50,006 nucleotides of DNA, from the NCBI GenBank assembly GCA_017885605.1, contig JAFNFT010000028.1, positions 2,095-52,100 on the forward strand, given 5' to 3'. The notes beneath the pieces are model-generated. The model did no database searches and had not been told where the DNA came from. It worked only from the letters and a program-made list of their open reading frames with translations. Within the stretch, counting starts at the first letter, position 1. Each line of letters opens with the position of its first letter. The position numbers and the translations under genes are program-made. Shown here one piece after another: positions 17,476-26,418 of this stretch. Source of the DNA: Methanobacteriota archaeon (GTDB taxonomy: Archaea > Thermoplasmatota > E2 > DHVEG-1).

Positions 17476-18893
17476 TTTTTCACCTTTGGTTCTCCTCTTA
17501 TTTCTTTATCTGTTTGTTTATTTTCTTCTTTTCGTTCCTCTTCACCAAAAATCTTCCCAATATTGGTTTTTAAATCATCTGCATGTGCATGACGAAGGAT
17601 GCTTTGATTTTCTAAAAAGACGGCATACTCAATGAGGTCTTCTTTGTTAAGAGCGTGTTTATTTTTTAGTTCATTGAACTCGATTTCGCCCATTGGTCCG
17701 AGTGTATCTATTAATTCTTTTCGAATTTTATTTTCAATCTCTCCTTTCTGTGAGAAAAGGACTTTGATTGGTTCGATATCGTGCACGGGTATAATCGGGA
17801 CGGTAAAATAAAATGTGCAACCGAAACCAGGTTTGCTTTCGATCCATATTTTTCCTTTTTGTGCTTCAATGATTCCACGACATATTGTGAGTCCTAGTCC
17901 TGTTCCGCCATAGTTTCTATTTATTGATGGCTCTACTTGGTAAAATGGTTCGAACACACGGATCTGTTCTTCAGTGTTTAGTCCAATTCCTTGATCTTTC
18001 ACGCTGAATCGAATAAAATCTTTTTGTTTTTCCGCGTTGATTTCTATAGTACTGCCGGATGGGGAAAATTTAATAGCGTTATGAACAAGGTTTCGTAATA
18101 CCTGACTAATCCGATCAGGGTCGATCTCAATGATGGGAAGTTCACTTATTCTTGTCTCAAGGGAGATGTTTTTCTCTTTGGCAAATCCGGTCATGAACTC
18201 TATTGTCTCTTTGACTGTTTCATGTAAATCTGTTTTTCTGAACGCGAATTTCAATCGGGCAGCCTCGATACGAGAAATCTCTAGGAAATCTTCGATGATC
18301 TTATTGAGCCGTTCTGCGTTGCGCAGAATTATAGTGATGCTTTCTTTTTGTTTCTCTGTAAGCTTACCAAAGTACTCTTGCTGCAGCATCTGCAGTTGAG
18401 CTTTGAGGGGTGTGATAGGAGTACGAAGTTCATGAGAGGTGATACTGAGGAACTCTGATTTTGATTTGTCAAGGGTGATTCGTTCATCCTCCATCTTACT
18501 TAGCGCGAGAGCGCTTCGATTGAATGCATCGCTGAGTTGAGCCAGTTCATCGTTTGTTTTTATTGTGGTTCTGACTTTAAAGTTCCCTTTTTCTAATTCC
18601 TGTGCAGCTATGTACATGTCGCGGATAGGTTTGGAAAAGGACCGGGAGATGAAAAATCCAATGATCGTGGTGTTGACTGCGATAAGGACAATGATGAGGA
18701 GGGCAGCGGCATCCAAGAGCATTTGTTGTTGACTGAAAAACTCAGAATTTTCGGTGAGGAACGAATTTGCGATTAGATAGAAATAACCTATTCCTATTCC
18801 GGGAGCGACGAGTCCCACAATGAAGAACAATAACGTGAGTTTTATATGTATTCGACCCATGATATAGTTCTTCAGATCCAAAGGTTCCTTCAT
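17472..18893 (-). CDS. Sensor histidine kinase (TM-HAMP-HisKA-HATPase_c) with ~100-aa charged C-terminal extension
   Basis: The H-box is FLSITSHELRTPITPL, the N-box LRNLVHNAIKFSP, the G1 box VKDQGIGL and the G2 box GGTGLGLTICRGI. A HAMP segment lies after two TM helices. Confidence 0.9.
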   Translation of the reverse strand: MKEPLDLKNYIMGRIHIKLTLLFFIVGLVAPGIGIGYFYLIANSFLTENSEFFSQQQMLLDAAALLIIVLIAVNTTIIGFFISRSFSKPIRDMYIAAQELEKGNFKVRTTIKTNDELAQLSDAFNRSALALSKMEDERITLDKSKSEFLSITSHELRTPITPLKAQLQMLQQEYFGKLTEKQKESITIILRNAERLNKIIEDFLEISRIEAARLKFAFRKTDLHETVKETIEFMTGFAKEKNISLETRISELPIIEIDPDRISQVLRNLVHNAIKFSPSGSTIEINAEKQKDFIRFSVKDQGIGLNTEEQIRVFEPFYQVEPSINRNYGGTGLGLTICRGIIEAQKGKIWIESKPGFGCTFYFTVPIIPVHDIEPIKVLFSQKGEIENKIRKELIDTLGPMGEIEFNELKNKHALNKEDLIEYAVFLENQSILRHAHADDLKTNIGKIFGEEERKEENKQTDKEIRGEPKVKK

Positions 18894-19021
18894 GGTTTTC
18901 TTGTTCCTCCATGGGCAACTTTGGAATAATTTTGCAGTATCGTCATTGAGAATCGCGGAGTTTTCTTTTTCATTTTCTCTTGCCTTTTATTCATATCATT
19001 TTCGTTTGTTTACGAATATTT

Positions 19022-19043
19022 TTCATATCAAATTTGATATGAA
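19022..19043. promoter_or_regulatory. Perfect 22-nt palindrome TTCATATCAAATTTGATATGAA (candidate operator upstream of the kinase operon)
   Basis: The sequence equals its own reverse complement. It lies 20 nt past the stop of 19063..20295 and ~130 nt upstream of the kinase ATG (18893). Confidence 0.4.
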
Positions 19044-19062
19044 TCATCTTATACGTTATTTA

Positions 19063-20295
19063 TCATTCTATTTTTGTCGACATCGCCTCATGTAATTCGA
19101 TCATATGGAAGTTGATTCCCATCTCCTCTATTTTTAACAGATATTTTTTATCAAGGGAATTTTTAAATTTCTGGATGAACTCATCGCTGATTTTTTCTCC
19201 TAAGGATTCTGTTATACTTTCAAGGAGGAGGTGGATTGCTCGTCGTGCATCGGTTTCATTGATTGTATCGAGATTACCTCCGATTATGATATGATACAGT
19301 TCTCCTTGTTTGGTTGCCGGCTCTACTTTGATGAGTTGAATGAAATCATACTTCATGTCAATTTTTCGGAGAAACGAATTTACTAAAAAGATCGCATTAT
19401 TCTCCGAACTTGTCTTCCCAATAACATCGATTAAAGTTTTTATTACATGTGTAAATACAGCGTTGAACCCAATCCCTTGCGAGGTTATGGTGACACCCAT
19501 CTCCTTGAGTCTTGTCAGATATTCGAACGTCAGGTGTATCTTGAGGTCACTTGCTATTGAGTTCCGGCCAAGATCAGTAAGTGTTTTGTCCGTCTCTTGG
19601 AGTATTGATGTCAATGCCTTACCAAGATCTTGAAGTTCAATCGTGTTGACCTGCTGTTGCACCACAATTTCCTCAGGTCCGAACGTATATCGAATGTCAT
19701 TGATCAAAATAAAGTCAAGAAAGGGGTACGATTGTCGCAATTTATCGATATGTTGTTTGAGGCAGGCTATTGCAAATGATTTCGAGGTTTGTTTCTCTAC
19801 CGCCTCCAAAAGTACCTTTAAAAATCGTCTGATAACATCAGATTTTTGGATTTCAAGGATGTTTATCGATTTATTCTCCACGATTAAAGTCGACTGCATC
19901 AATGATAAGTCAACATTCATTGTCTTCAGGAGGAATCTATCATATTCGATACCAATTTTTTCCCGTGTTTCTCGAATGAAGAAATATCCTGCGGTTTTTC
20001 CGAACGAGATCATTATTTTTGTTACGAGTTCTTTTAACGCACGTCCAACATCTTTTGCCGCAATCGTATTCAGTGCGTCTTTCACTGATACCGAACCTTC
20101 CATTTCTAAGGAACGCGTATTTTTGATTTCTATTTCCCGTAAAAAAGGATAGGTCAGTTGAAGTTTTTTTACGAGATTTTGTATAGTGACTGCTGCATAT
20201 TCTTGTGATGTTTTTCTTCCGATGATTTCGATTATTGTCTCTATAAATTGTCGAGTAACATCAGCAGTATCCAGCATAAGATCCCATCTCATCAC
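19063..20295 (-). CDS. Three-repeat protein of unknown family (3 x ~125 aa), linked to the two-component genes
   Basis: The internal triplication is visible by eye. Each unit runs (V/I)xxxxIxxLxExxGxKTS...(L)xxKLxxxYPFLxxIxI...NTI...LGxAL...(FFI)...xEYL...MG(V/I)... Confidence 0.65.
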   Translation of the reverse strand: MMRWDLMLDTADVTRQFIETIIEIIGRKTSQEYAAVTIQNLVKKLQLTYPFLREIEIKNTRSLEMEGSVSVKDALNTIAAKDVGRALKELVTKIMISFGKTAGYFFIRETREKIGIEYDRFLLKTMNVDLSLMQSTLIVENKSINILEIQKSDVIRRFLKVLLEAVEKQTSKSFAIACLKQHIDKLRQSYPFLDFILINDIRYTFGPEEIVVQQQVNTIELQDLGKALTSILQETDKTLTDLGRNSIASDLKIHLTFEYLTRLKEMGVTITSQGIGFNAVFTHVIKTLIDVIGKTSSENNAIFLVNSFLRKIDMKYDFIQLIKVEPATKQGELYHIIIGGNLDTINETDARRAIHLLLESITESLGEKISDEFIQKFKNSLDKKYLLKIEEMGINFHMIELHEAMSTKIE

Positions 20296-20507
20296 TCTTA
20301 TGGTGGTCTATTCGAGTGGTTTCCATCTCCACATAACATAATATCAATGTTCTTTAAATGTCTTGCTTTCGTAAAAAACCTATGATATCCTCTCTTACAT
20401 TTTTTCATGATTATCGATAGACATCAACCAATAAACCGGTATAGGTTTCTAATGTGTAGGGAAAATATGATTAATTATATATACTTAAAAAGAGTTGATT
20501 GGAGCGG

Positions 20508-20894
20508 ATGGTAAAAACAATACTCGTGGTTGATGATTATGCCGATATTGTCGTCTCAGTCAAACAAGTCTTAGAGGATACAACAGGAGAATATCGTGTT
20601 ATTGGTGTTGATAGCGGTGAAAAATGTCTCCAAATATTACAGCAGGAGGCTTCACTCCCTGACCTTATCTTGCTTGATATCATGATGCCAGGGATGAGCG
20701 GATGGGATGTTGCTGCTCGTATAAAACAAAACGATCGATGGCGTTCTGTCCCTATTGTTTTTTTGACCGCGAAGGGTGACGAGATGAGTATCGGGATCGG
20801 TCATCTTGCATCAGAAGACTATATCGTGAAACCCTTCGATATCATGAAATTGAAGGATTGCGTCAGACGAATCCTTACGAATCCCCCAGAGTAA
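20508..20894 (+). CDS. Stand-alone CheY-like response-regulator receiver
   Basis: MVKTILVVDDYADI...PDLILLDIMMPGMSGWDV...PIVFLTAKGD...DYIVKPFD contains the acidic pocket DD, the phospho-acceptor D in LLDIMMP, and the conserved T and K. There is no output domain. Start set at ATG 20508. Confidence 0.9.
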   Translation: MVKTILVVDDYADIVVSVKQVLEDTTGEYRVIGVDSGEKCLQILQQEASLPDLILLDIMMPGMSGWDVAARIKQNDRWRSVPIVFLTAKGDEMSIGIGHLASEDYIVKPFDIMKLKDCVRRILTNPPE

Positions 20895-21117
20895 AAAATT
20901 AGAAGCGGATTTTCTCCTTATATAAAACTCTTTTTTTTGATACTCGATTAAACGATTCTCACATAAATCATAAACAATATTTATATATGGGACTACTCTG
21001 TATATAGTAATTGAAATATAATATTGCATATGTGCATATGGTCTTTGACTGGGGTTTTCTGAAACCTGTCATCTTCACAAGAATTCGTTTCAATAATTAA
21101 ATGGGGGATATTAGCAG

Positions 21118-23481
21118 ATGAAGAATAGAATACCTAGATTGAAAAAAGGTTATACTCTATGCGTTTTTTTCACGTTGATTCTGTCCATGGAATTGGGAGG
21201 TCTTCTCGCAGCACAAGAAATAACGAACCATACGTTTCCTTCTATTGTTGCCACTGTTCCTCTGTCAGAACAGCATACACTTATGGACATTATTCAGAAG
21301 AGGATTACCATTCTTGAGGTGAACCGATCAAGAACTTCTGTCGTCATCCTTGTCTCAGCGGACGAATTCGCTTGGTTGTCTTCGATGAATTTTTCCCCAG
21401 CGGTTATCCCTGATTCCGTTGCAGAAGCGCATGGGTGGAAGTACTCCCCTGAGTTTGAACGTGATTTTCACTCCTACTCCCAGATGACGACCGAACTTCA
21501 AACCATCGCAACTACCTACCCTGAGATTGCTCATTTATATGATCTTGGGCAGAGTGTACAAGGCCGGATTCTCTGGGGATTAAAAATCACTGATAACCCT
21601 GATATCGAGGAAAACGAACCTGAGGTCCGCATCTGCGGTCTTCATCATGGGAACGAGTACATGTCCGCTGAGTTACCCTTGAATCTTGCATTGCTCCTTG
21701 TTCAAAACTATAGCAGTGATCCTACAATCACCGAGCTGGTCGATACTCGGGAGATCTGGATAATCCCGATGGTGAACCCCGATGGCAGGGAGGCAGGTTC
21801 TCGGTATAATGCTCATGGTGTTGATTTGAACAGGAACTATGGGTACATGCCCGAAAGTGCAACACCATATTCTGAGCCAGAGACATGTGCGATGCGAAAC
21901 AACGCGGTACAGAACAACTTTGTCCTTTCATTATCGTTTCATTGCTCTGGAGATATCGTCAACTACGTCTGGAATTATAAAAATCAACGAGTCCCTGATA
22001 ACAACGCTATTGAATATCTGTCGGAACAATACGGTTCGCATAATGGGTATTGGGTCGTAGAAGGCTATGATTGGTACCAGACTCTTGGTGATTGTAATGA
22101 TTTCAGTTACGGAACTCGTGGTGATATCGACTGGACCGTTGAAGTACAAAACTCAGATATCCCGCAGGCATGGGACCTGAACCGGGATGCGATCCTGGAG
22201 ATTATCGATGCAGCAGACATGGGACTTACCGGGGTGGTAACAAATGCAGATAACGGGCAACCGATCCCTGCGACCGTCTGGGTTGAAGAGGCGTTCTGGC
22301 CTTGTTTCGCAGACCCTGAGATCGGGGATTACCATAAAGTGCTGTTACCAGGAACCTATACGGTTCATTATCAAGCCAATGGTTTCCAGGAAAAGATATT
22401 GTCTGTTGATGTGGACGCAGGCGAACCGACTGTATTAAATGTCGCGCTTCACCCTTCTCCTCACTACTATGCGTACCAGGTTACGACCTGCGCGTACTAT
22501 GCGCCGTCTGATAATTATCAGAATAACCCAACAGAGGGGATCGCATCACTAGGAATCCCTGACGATGTTTGTGCATCACTTGGCGTTGGCGGATACATTA
22601 TCTTGGATATGCTGAATCAGATCACCGATGTCCCCGATGCCAATGACCTGAAGGTGTACGAAGGAGATGCGACGAACGATGGTTACCTGGTGTACGTGTC
22701 CAGTGATTGGCAAGGACCTTGGATATCACTCGGGACCGGAATGGGGACCACGGAGTTCGATCTAGCAAATGGATCTGTTGAATCAGCACGCTATGTAAAA
22801 ATCGTTGATGATGGAAACGGAAATCCCTCCGAACTTAATCCCGCTGCTGATATTGATGCGGTGGAAAACCTTGCGACAGCAAACCAAAATCAAGCCCCGG
22901 ATAACCCAGCCCGACCAGATGGTCCAACAACCGGGGGAACGAACATCGATTATTCATACACAACCACCACAACCGATCCCGAATCCCAACAGGTGTACTA
23001 CCTGTGGTCCTGGGGCGATAGCATGGGGACTTGGCTTGGTCCGTTTGATTCTGGAGTTCCTGCTCAGGCGACTCATCAGTGGAACGTCTCTGGTGATTAC
23101 ACTGTGAAAGTGAAAGCAAAGGATGTCAAAGGAGTCGAAAGCGGATGGTCTGATTCCGTCACCGTGCGTATTGTGGGGGCTCCTCGTATCGAGATCGGTG
23201 AGATTTCCAGTGGTTTTGGGAGTGTCACCGTGCAGATAAAAAACACTGGTGCGGGGGACGCAGTCAATGTCACCTGGTCTATTTCTCTCCAGGGCGGTCT
23301 GGTACTTCTTGGGCGGCAGACGACCGGAACGATTTTGAAAATCCTCCCTGGGTTTAATCCTCTGGTCAAAACAGGCTTTCTCTTCGGTCTTGGGAAGACG
23401 ACCATAACGGTAACAGCGGATACAGCTAGTAAAACAGTATCAGCGTTCCTCCTTGGACCTTTTGTCATAATCCAAGACTAG
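21118..23481 (+). CDS. Secreted zinc carboxypeptidase (peptidase family M14) with PKD-like module and conserved ~100-aa C-terminal domain
   Basis: A signal-peptide-like N-terminus is followed by the M14 motifs GLHHGNEYMS (HxxE), PMVNPDG, HGVDLNRNYG, SFHCSG (third Zn ligand) and DWTVEV (catalytic Glu). The PKD-like module is YYLWSWGDSMGTWLGPFDSG...YTVKVKAKDVKGVESGWS. The C-terminal domain spans 23176..23478. Confidence 0.85.
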   Translation: MKNRIPRLKKGYTLCVFFTLILSMELGGLLAAQEITNHTFPSIVATVPLSEQHTLMDIIQKRITILEVNRSRTSVVILVSADEFAWLSSMNFSPAVIPDSVAEAHGWKYSPEFERDFHSYSQMTTELQTIATTYPEIAHLYDLGQSVQGRILWGLKITDNPDIEENEPEVRICGLHHGNEYMSAELPLNLALLLVQNYSSDPTITELVDTREIWIIPMVNPDGREAGSRYNAHGVDLNRNYGYMPESATPYSEPETCAMRNNAVQNNFVLSLSFHCSGDIVNYVWNYKNQRVPDNNAIEYLSEQYGSHNGYWVVEGYDWYQTLGDCNDFSYGTRGDIDWTVEVQNSDIPQAWDLNRDAILEIIDAADMGLTGVVTNADNGQPIPATVWVEEAFWPCFADPEIGDYHKVLLPGTYTVHYQANGFQEKILSVDVDAGEPTVLNVALHPSPHYYAYQVTTCAYYAPSDNYQNNPTEGIASLGIPDDVCASLGVGGYIILDMLNQITDVPDANDLKVYEGDATNDGYLVYVSSDWQGPWISLGTGMGTTEFDLANGSVESARYVKIVDDGNGNPSELNPAADIDAVENLATANQNQAPDNPARPDGPTTGGTNIDYSYTTTTTDPESQQVYYLWSWGDSMGTWLGPFDSGVPAQATHQWNVSGDYTVKVKAKDVKGVESGWSDSVTVRIVGAPRIEIGEISSGFGSVTVQIKNTGAGDAVNVTWSISLQGGLVLLGRQTTGTILKILPGFNPLVKTGFLFGLGKTTITVTADTASKTVSAFLLGPFVIIQD

Positions 23482-23738
23482 GTGTTTTCCTTAATACTTT
23501 CTTTTTTACTAGTACTACAGAAGATAGATCCTTTTTTTAAAATATACTGCTTCAAGTGTTACATTGTTGCTAAGCAGTGAAGATACGGAGGGTGCTGACC
23601 CATAGGAATCAGAAGGTTTTAGGGACGAGAAGAGTGTTTCATTGTGGTTTTTTTGATTTTCATAGGGTCGATATCTATATAAATACAAATTTTGTTAGAG
23701 TTAATTATTAGTAAATTTTATACTAGGGGATATGAAGA

Positions 23739-26105
23739 ATGAATTGGAGTAGTAAGAAAAAGGTAAGTATTCAAGCAACGGTTGCGCTGGTACTCCTGCT
23801 TTGCGCAGGGGTGAGTGCAATTCATCCAACGACGGCATCGACGTCGACGAAAGTAAATACTGTAGAATCGACATTTCATTTCGAAAACGTACCCTTCATT
23901 ACGGTGACCGTGACACCGCCAGCTCTTGTGTTTGGTCAGCGTATTCTTGCAGGGCAACCGTTTGCTACTGTGCAACTGCCCGGAGAAGGCGTCTCAACGG
24001 TGATCGGTGAAGCACAGCTGCCGACTATCTCTCGATTCATTGAGATCCCACAAGGTGCGATTCCTCAACTTGTTGTTGAATCGGTGACCTGGGAGACCGT
24101 CTCGCTGGAAGCGTTGAACCTCCCATCATCGGTGGTCCCTGTTCAACCCTCGCTGATAAAAATTGAGGGGGCGACTGTTCCATTTTCCAAAGATGATTCG
24201 TTCTATGCATTGGATGCGTCTTTACCAATGTCAATAGCGACAGTGAACGCTCTGGGGGAGTTACGCAGTCGACAGATCGCGTTCCTGCAGGTTTCTCCGG
24301 TGCAATATAACCCTGTGTCTGGTGAACTACGGATTATGACCCAGTGTGATTTACGCATTGATCTTCCGGGTAGCGACCTTGTGACGACAGCGGAGAAGAT
24401 TGATCGGTATACTACCCCATCCTTTGAACAATTGTTTGAAACATCGTTCATGAACTATGGTGATTTGCAAGGGACTTCACAGATGGGGCCAAAGCAGGAG
24501 GGATATCTCATCATCGTTGATGACGACTTCGTTGATGCAATTCAGCCCTTAGTTGACTGGAAGGATTCAAAGGGATTTGATGTTACGATGACGAAAACCT
24601 CAGAGATATCCGGTAGTCCAACTAAAGAGAATATCAAAAATTACATCGTTGATGCATATAATTCCTGGTCGATACCACCAGCATATATCCTGTTAGTTGG
24701 TGATGTCGCACAAATCCCAACATGGACTGGCTCAGAAACTGGTACTTGTACAGATTTATATTATGTGACCATTGATAGTGGGAATTATTTTGCTGACGTT
24801 ATCATCAGTAGGTTCCCTGCAGCGACCGCAGAGCAAGTTACTACGATGGTAGATAAAACAGTTTTTTATGAACAAGGATCTTTCCCTGATGAGGCTTGGA
24901 TTAACAAGGCAGCTTTTACGGCATCAGATGATTATACTTATTGGACTGTTGCTGAAGCTACACAAAACTATGTGATTGATACTTATATGACACCAAATGG
25001 TTACACAAGCGACAAACTATACGCACACACTTATGGCGCTGATACCCAGGATATCCTCAACTCTTTAAACGATGGACGCAGTCTTGCAATCTACACAGGT
25101 CATGGCTCAACAGATTCATGGGCAGGTCCTGCATTTGGCCAAAGTAATGTAAACAGCCTTACCAACGATGGAATGTACCCATTTGTCGCTAGCCACGCGT
25201 GTCTTACATGTCAGTTTACCGTTAGTGAATGCTTTGGGGAAACATGGCTGCGTGCACCAAACAAAGGTGGTCTAGCCTTCTGGGGTGCGACGACCTATTC
25301 CTACTGGGACGAGGACGATATCCTGGAACGAAGCATGTTTAAAGCCTGGTGGGACGACAGCATTGAGACTATCGGTGGCATGACCAACATGGGGTTGTAT
25401 TATCTCTATCAATATTATAGTGGTGGCGGGATGAGCCAATACTACTTCGAGGAGTACAACGTTCTTGGTGATTCCTCTGTGAAAATCTGGCGCGGTGAAT
25501 CAAACGGAAACACGCCACCTACTACTCCTGATGCACCCACTGGACCGTCAACCGGAGGAATCGGCATAGAATACATATTTACGACCAGAGCTACCGATGC
25601 ACAGAATAATGATGTGTACTATATGGTGTCTTGGGGAGATTCAATCAGTGACTGGCTAGGCCCGTACGCTTCTGGAGACGTTGTGAGTTTGAAACATACC
25701 TGGGACTTTGTTGGAGACTACAGCGTTACCGTAAAGGCAAAGGACAGCGAAGGCTTGGAGAGCGGCTGGTCAGAAACATCCCAGATTAGCGTTGTTGCCT
25801 TACCTCGGATCGAGATCGGTGATATTACCGCTAGTTTTGGGAGTATTTCCGCGCAGATAAAAAACGTTGGTGCTGGAGACGCAACGAATGTTGACTGGTC
25901 TATTTCTCTTGAGGGAAAACTGGTTTTTTTCGGCAAGGAGACCACCGGTTCGTTTACCAAGATTATACCTGGGTTTAGCCCAAAAGCAAAAACGAGTTTT
26001 GTGTTCGGGTTTGGCTCGGTGGATATTCTTGTCACAGTCGGTGATCTAGAGAAAACAGCGACCGCTACATTGGTTGGACCGTTTTTCCTTAAGGTGGGGG
26101 AATAA
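23739..26105 (+). CDS. Secreted cysteine peptidase, family C25 (gingipain-type), with propeptide, PKD-like module and conserved ~100-aa C-terminal domain
   Basis: After a signal peptide comes a propeptide-like N-domain (GEAQLPTISRFIEIP...). The catalytic region is YLIIVDDDF...LVDWK..KGF...ILLVGD...IPTW...DLYY...ISRFPA. The His is in YTGHGS and the Cys in SHACLTCQF, 33 residues later. The C-terminal domain spans 25797..26102. Confidence 0.85.
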   Translation: MNWSSKKKVSIQATVALVLLLCAGVSAIHPTTASTSTKVNTVESTFHFENVPFITVTVTPPALVFGQRILAGQPFATVQLPGEGVSTVIGEAQLPTISRFIEIPQGAIPQLVVESVTWETVSLEALNLPSSVVPVQPSLIKIEGATVPFSKDDSFYALDASLPMSIATVNALGELRSRQIAFLQVSPVQYNPVSGELRIMTQCDLRIDLPGSDLVTTAEKIDRYTTPSFEQLFETSFMNYGDLQGTSQMGPKQEGYLIIVDDDFVDAIQPLVDWKDSKGFDVTMTKTSEISGSPTKENIKNYIVDAYNSWSIPPAYILLVGDVAQIPTWTGSETGTCTDLYYVTIDSGNYFADVIISRFPAATAEQVTTMVDKTVFYEQGSFPDEAWINKAAFTASDDYTYWTVAEATQNYVIDTYMTPNGYTSDKLYAHTYGADTQDILNSLNDGRSLAIYTGHGSTDSWAGPAFGQSNVNSLTNDGMYPFVASHACLTCQFTVSECFGETWLRAPNKGGLAFWGATTYSYWDEDDILERSMFKAWWDDSIETIGGMTNMGLYYLYQYYSGGGMSQYYFEEYNVLGDSSVKIWRGESNGNTPPTTPDAPTGPSTGGIGIEYIFTTRATDAQNNDVYYMVSWGDSISDWLGPYASGDVVSLKHTWDFVGDYSVTVKAKDSEGLESGWSETSQISVVALPRIEIGDITASFGSISAQIKNVGAGDATNVDWSISLEGKLVFFGKETTGSFTKIIPGFSPKAKTSFVFGFGSVDILVTVGDLEKTATATLVGPFFLKVGE

Positions 26106-26147
26106 CCCCTTTTCCTTTTTTTCTTTTTTTTTGTTTAATTTTTTTTT
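26106..26147 (+). terminator. Oligo-T terminator region after the C25 peptidase gene
   Basis: CCCCTTTTCCTTTTTTTTCTTTTTTTTTTGTTTAATTTTTTTTT lies immediately after the TAA. A weak GGGG/CCCC stem spans the stop codon. Confidence 0.6.
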
Positions 26148-26418
26148 GTGTATTAAATATATGTACTATATATAAACGGGATTTTTTTTGGTTGTGAGGG
26201 TTACCTCGGTGAGTTTTTTCTATATGAAAAAATGATTTCTAATAAAGTTAATATATAATGATTTATGATAAGAATACGATAGGTGTCGATTCGTTGTTTT
26301 TTTCAGAAGTGATATTTCAATTCTTTTTATTTAATTTTAAATATTAATATATATATATGGTGCGAAACATTTATTAAGAGCATACGCATTTAAGAAGAGT
26401 AAGGCGAGGTAAAATTTT

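Noticed and set aside
21025-21040. Tandem TGCATATG-TGCATATG about 80 nt upstream of the M14 gene
   Set aside because: It is only 16 nt and built from the AT-rich CATATG palindrome, so it is easily produced by chance in this spacer. No second copy occurs upstream of other island genes.
23330-23360. PGF tripeptide inside the shared terminal domain (ILPGFNP / IIPGFSP) as a possible PGF-CTERM signal
   Set aside because: It is not followed by a hydrophobic helix and basic tail, and about 40 further residues of beta-strand-like sequence follow it. The third copy has AGNEP at this position. The only genuine PGF-CTERM in the window is at 477..1019.
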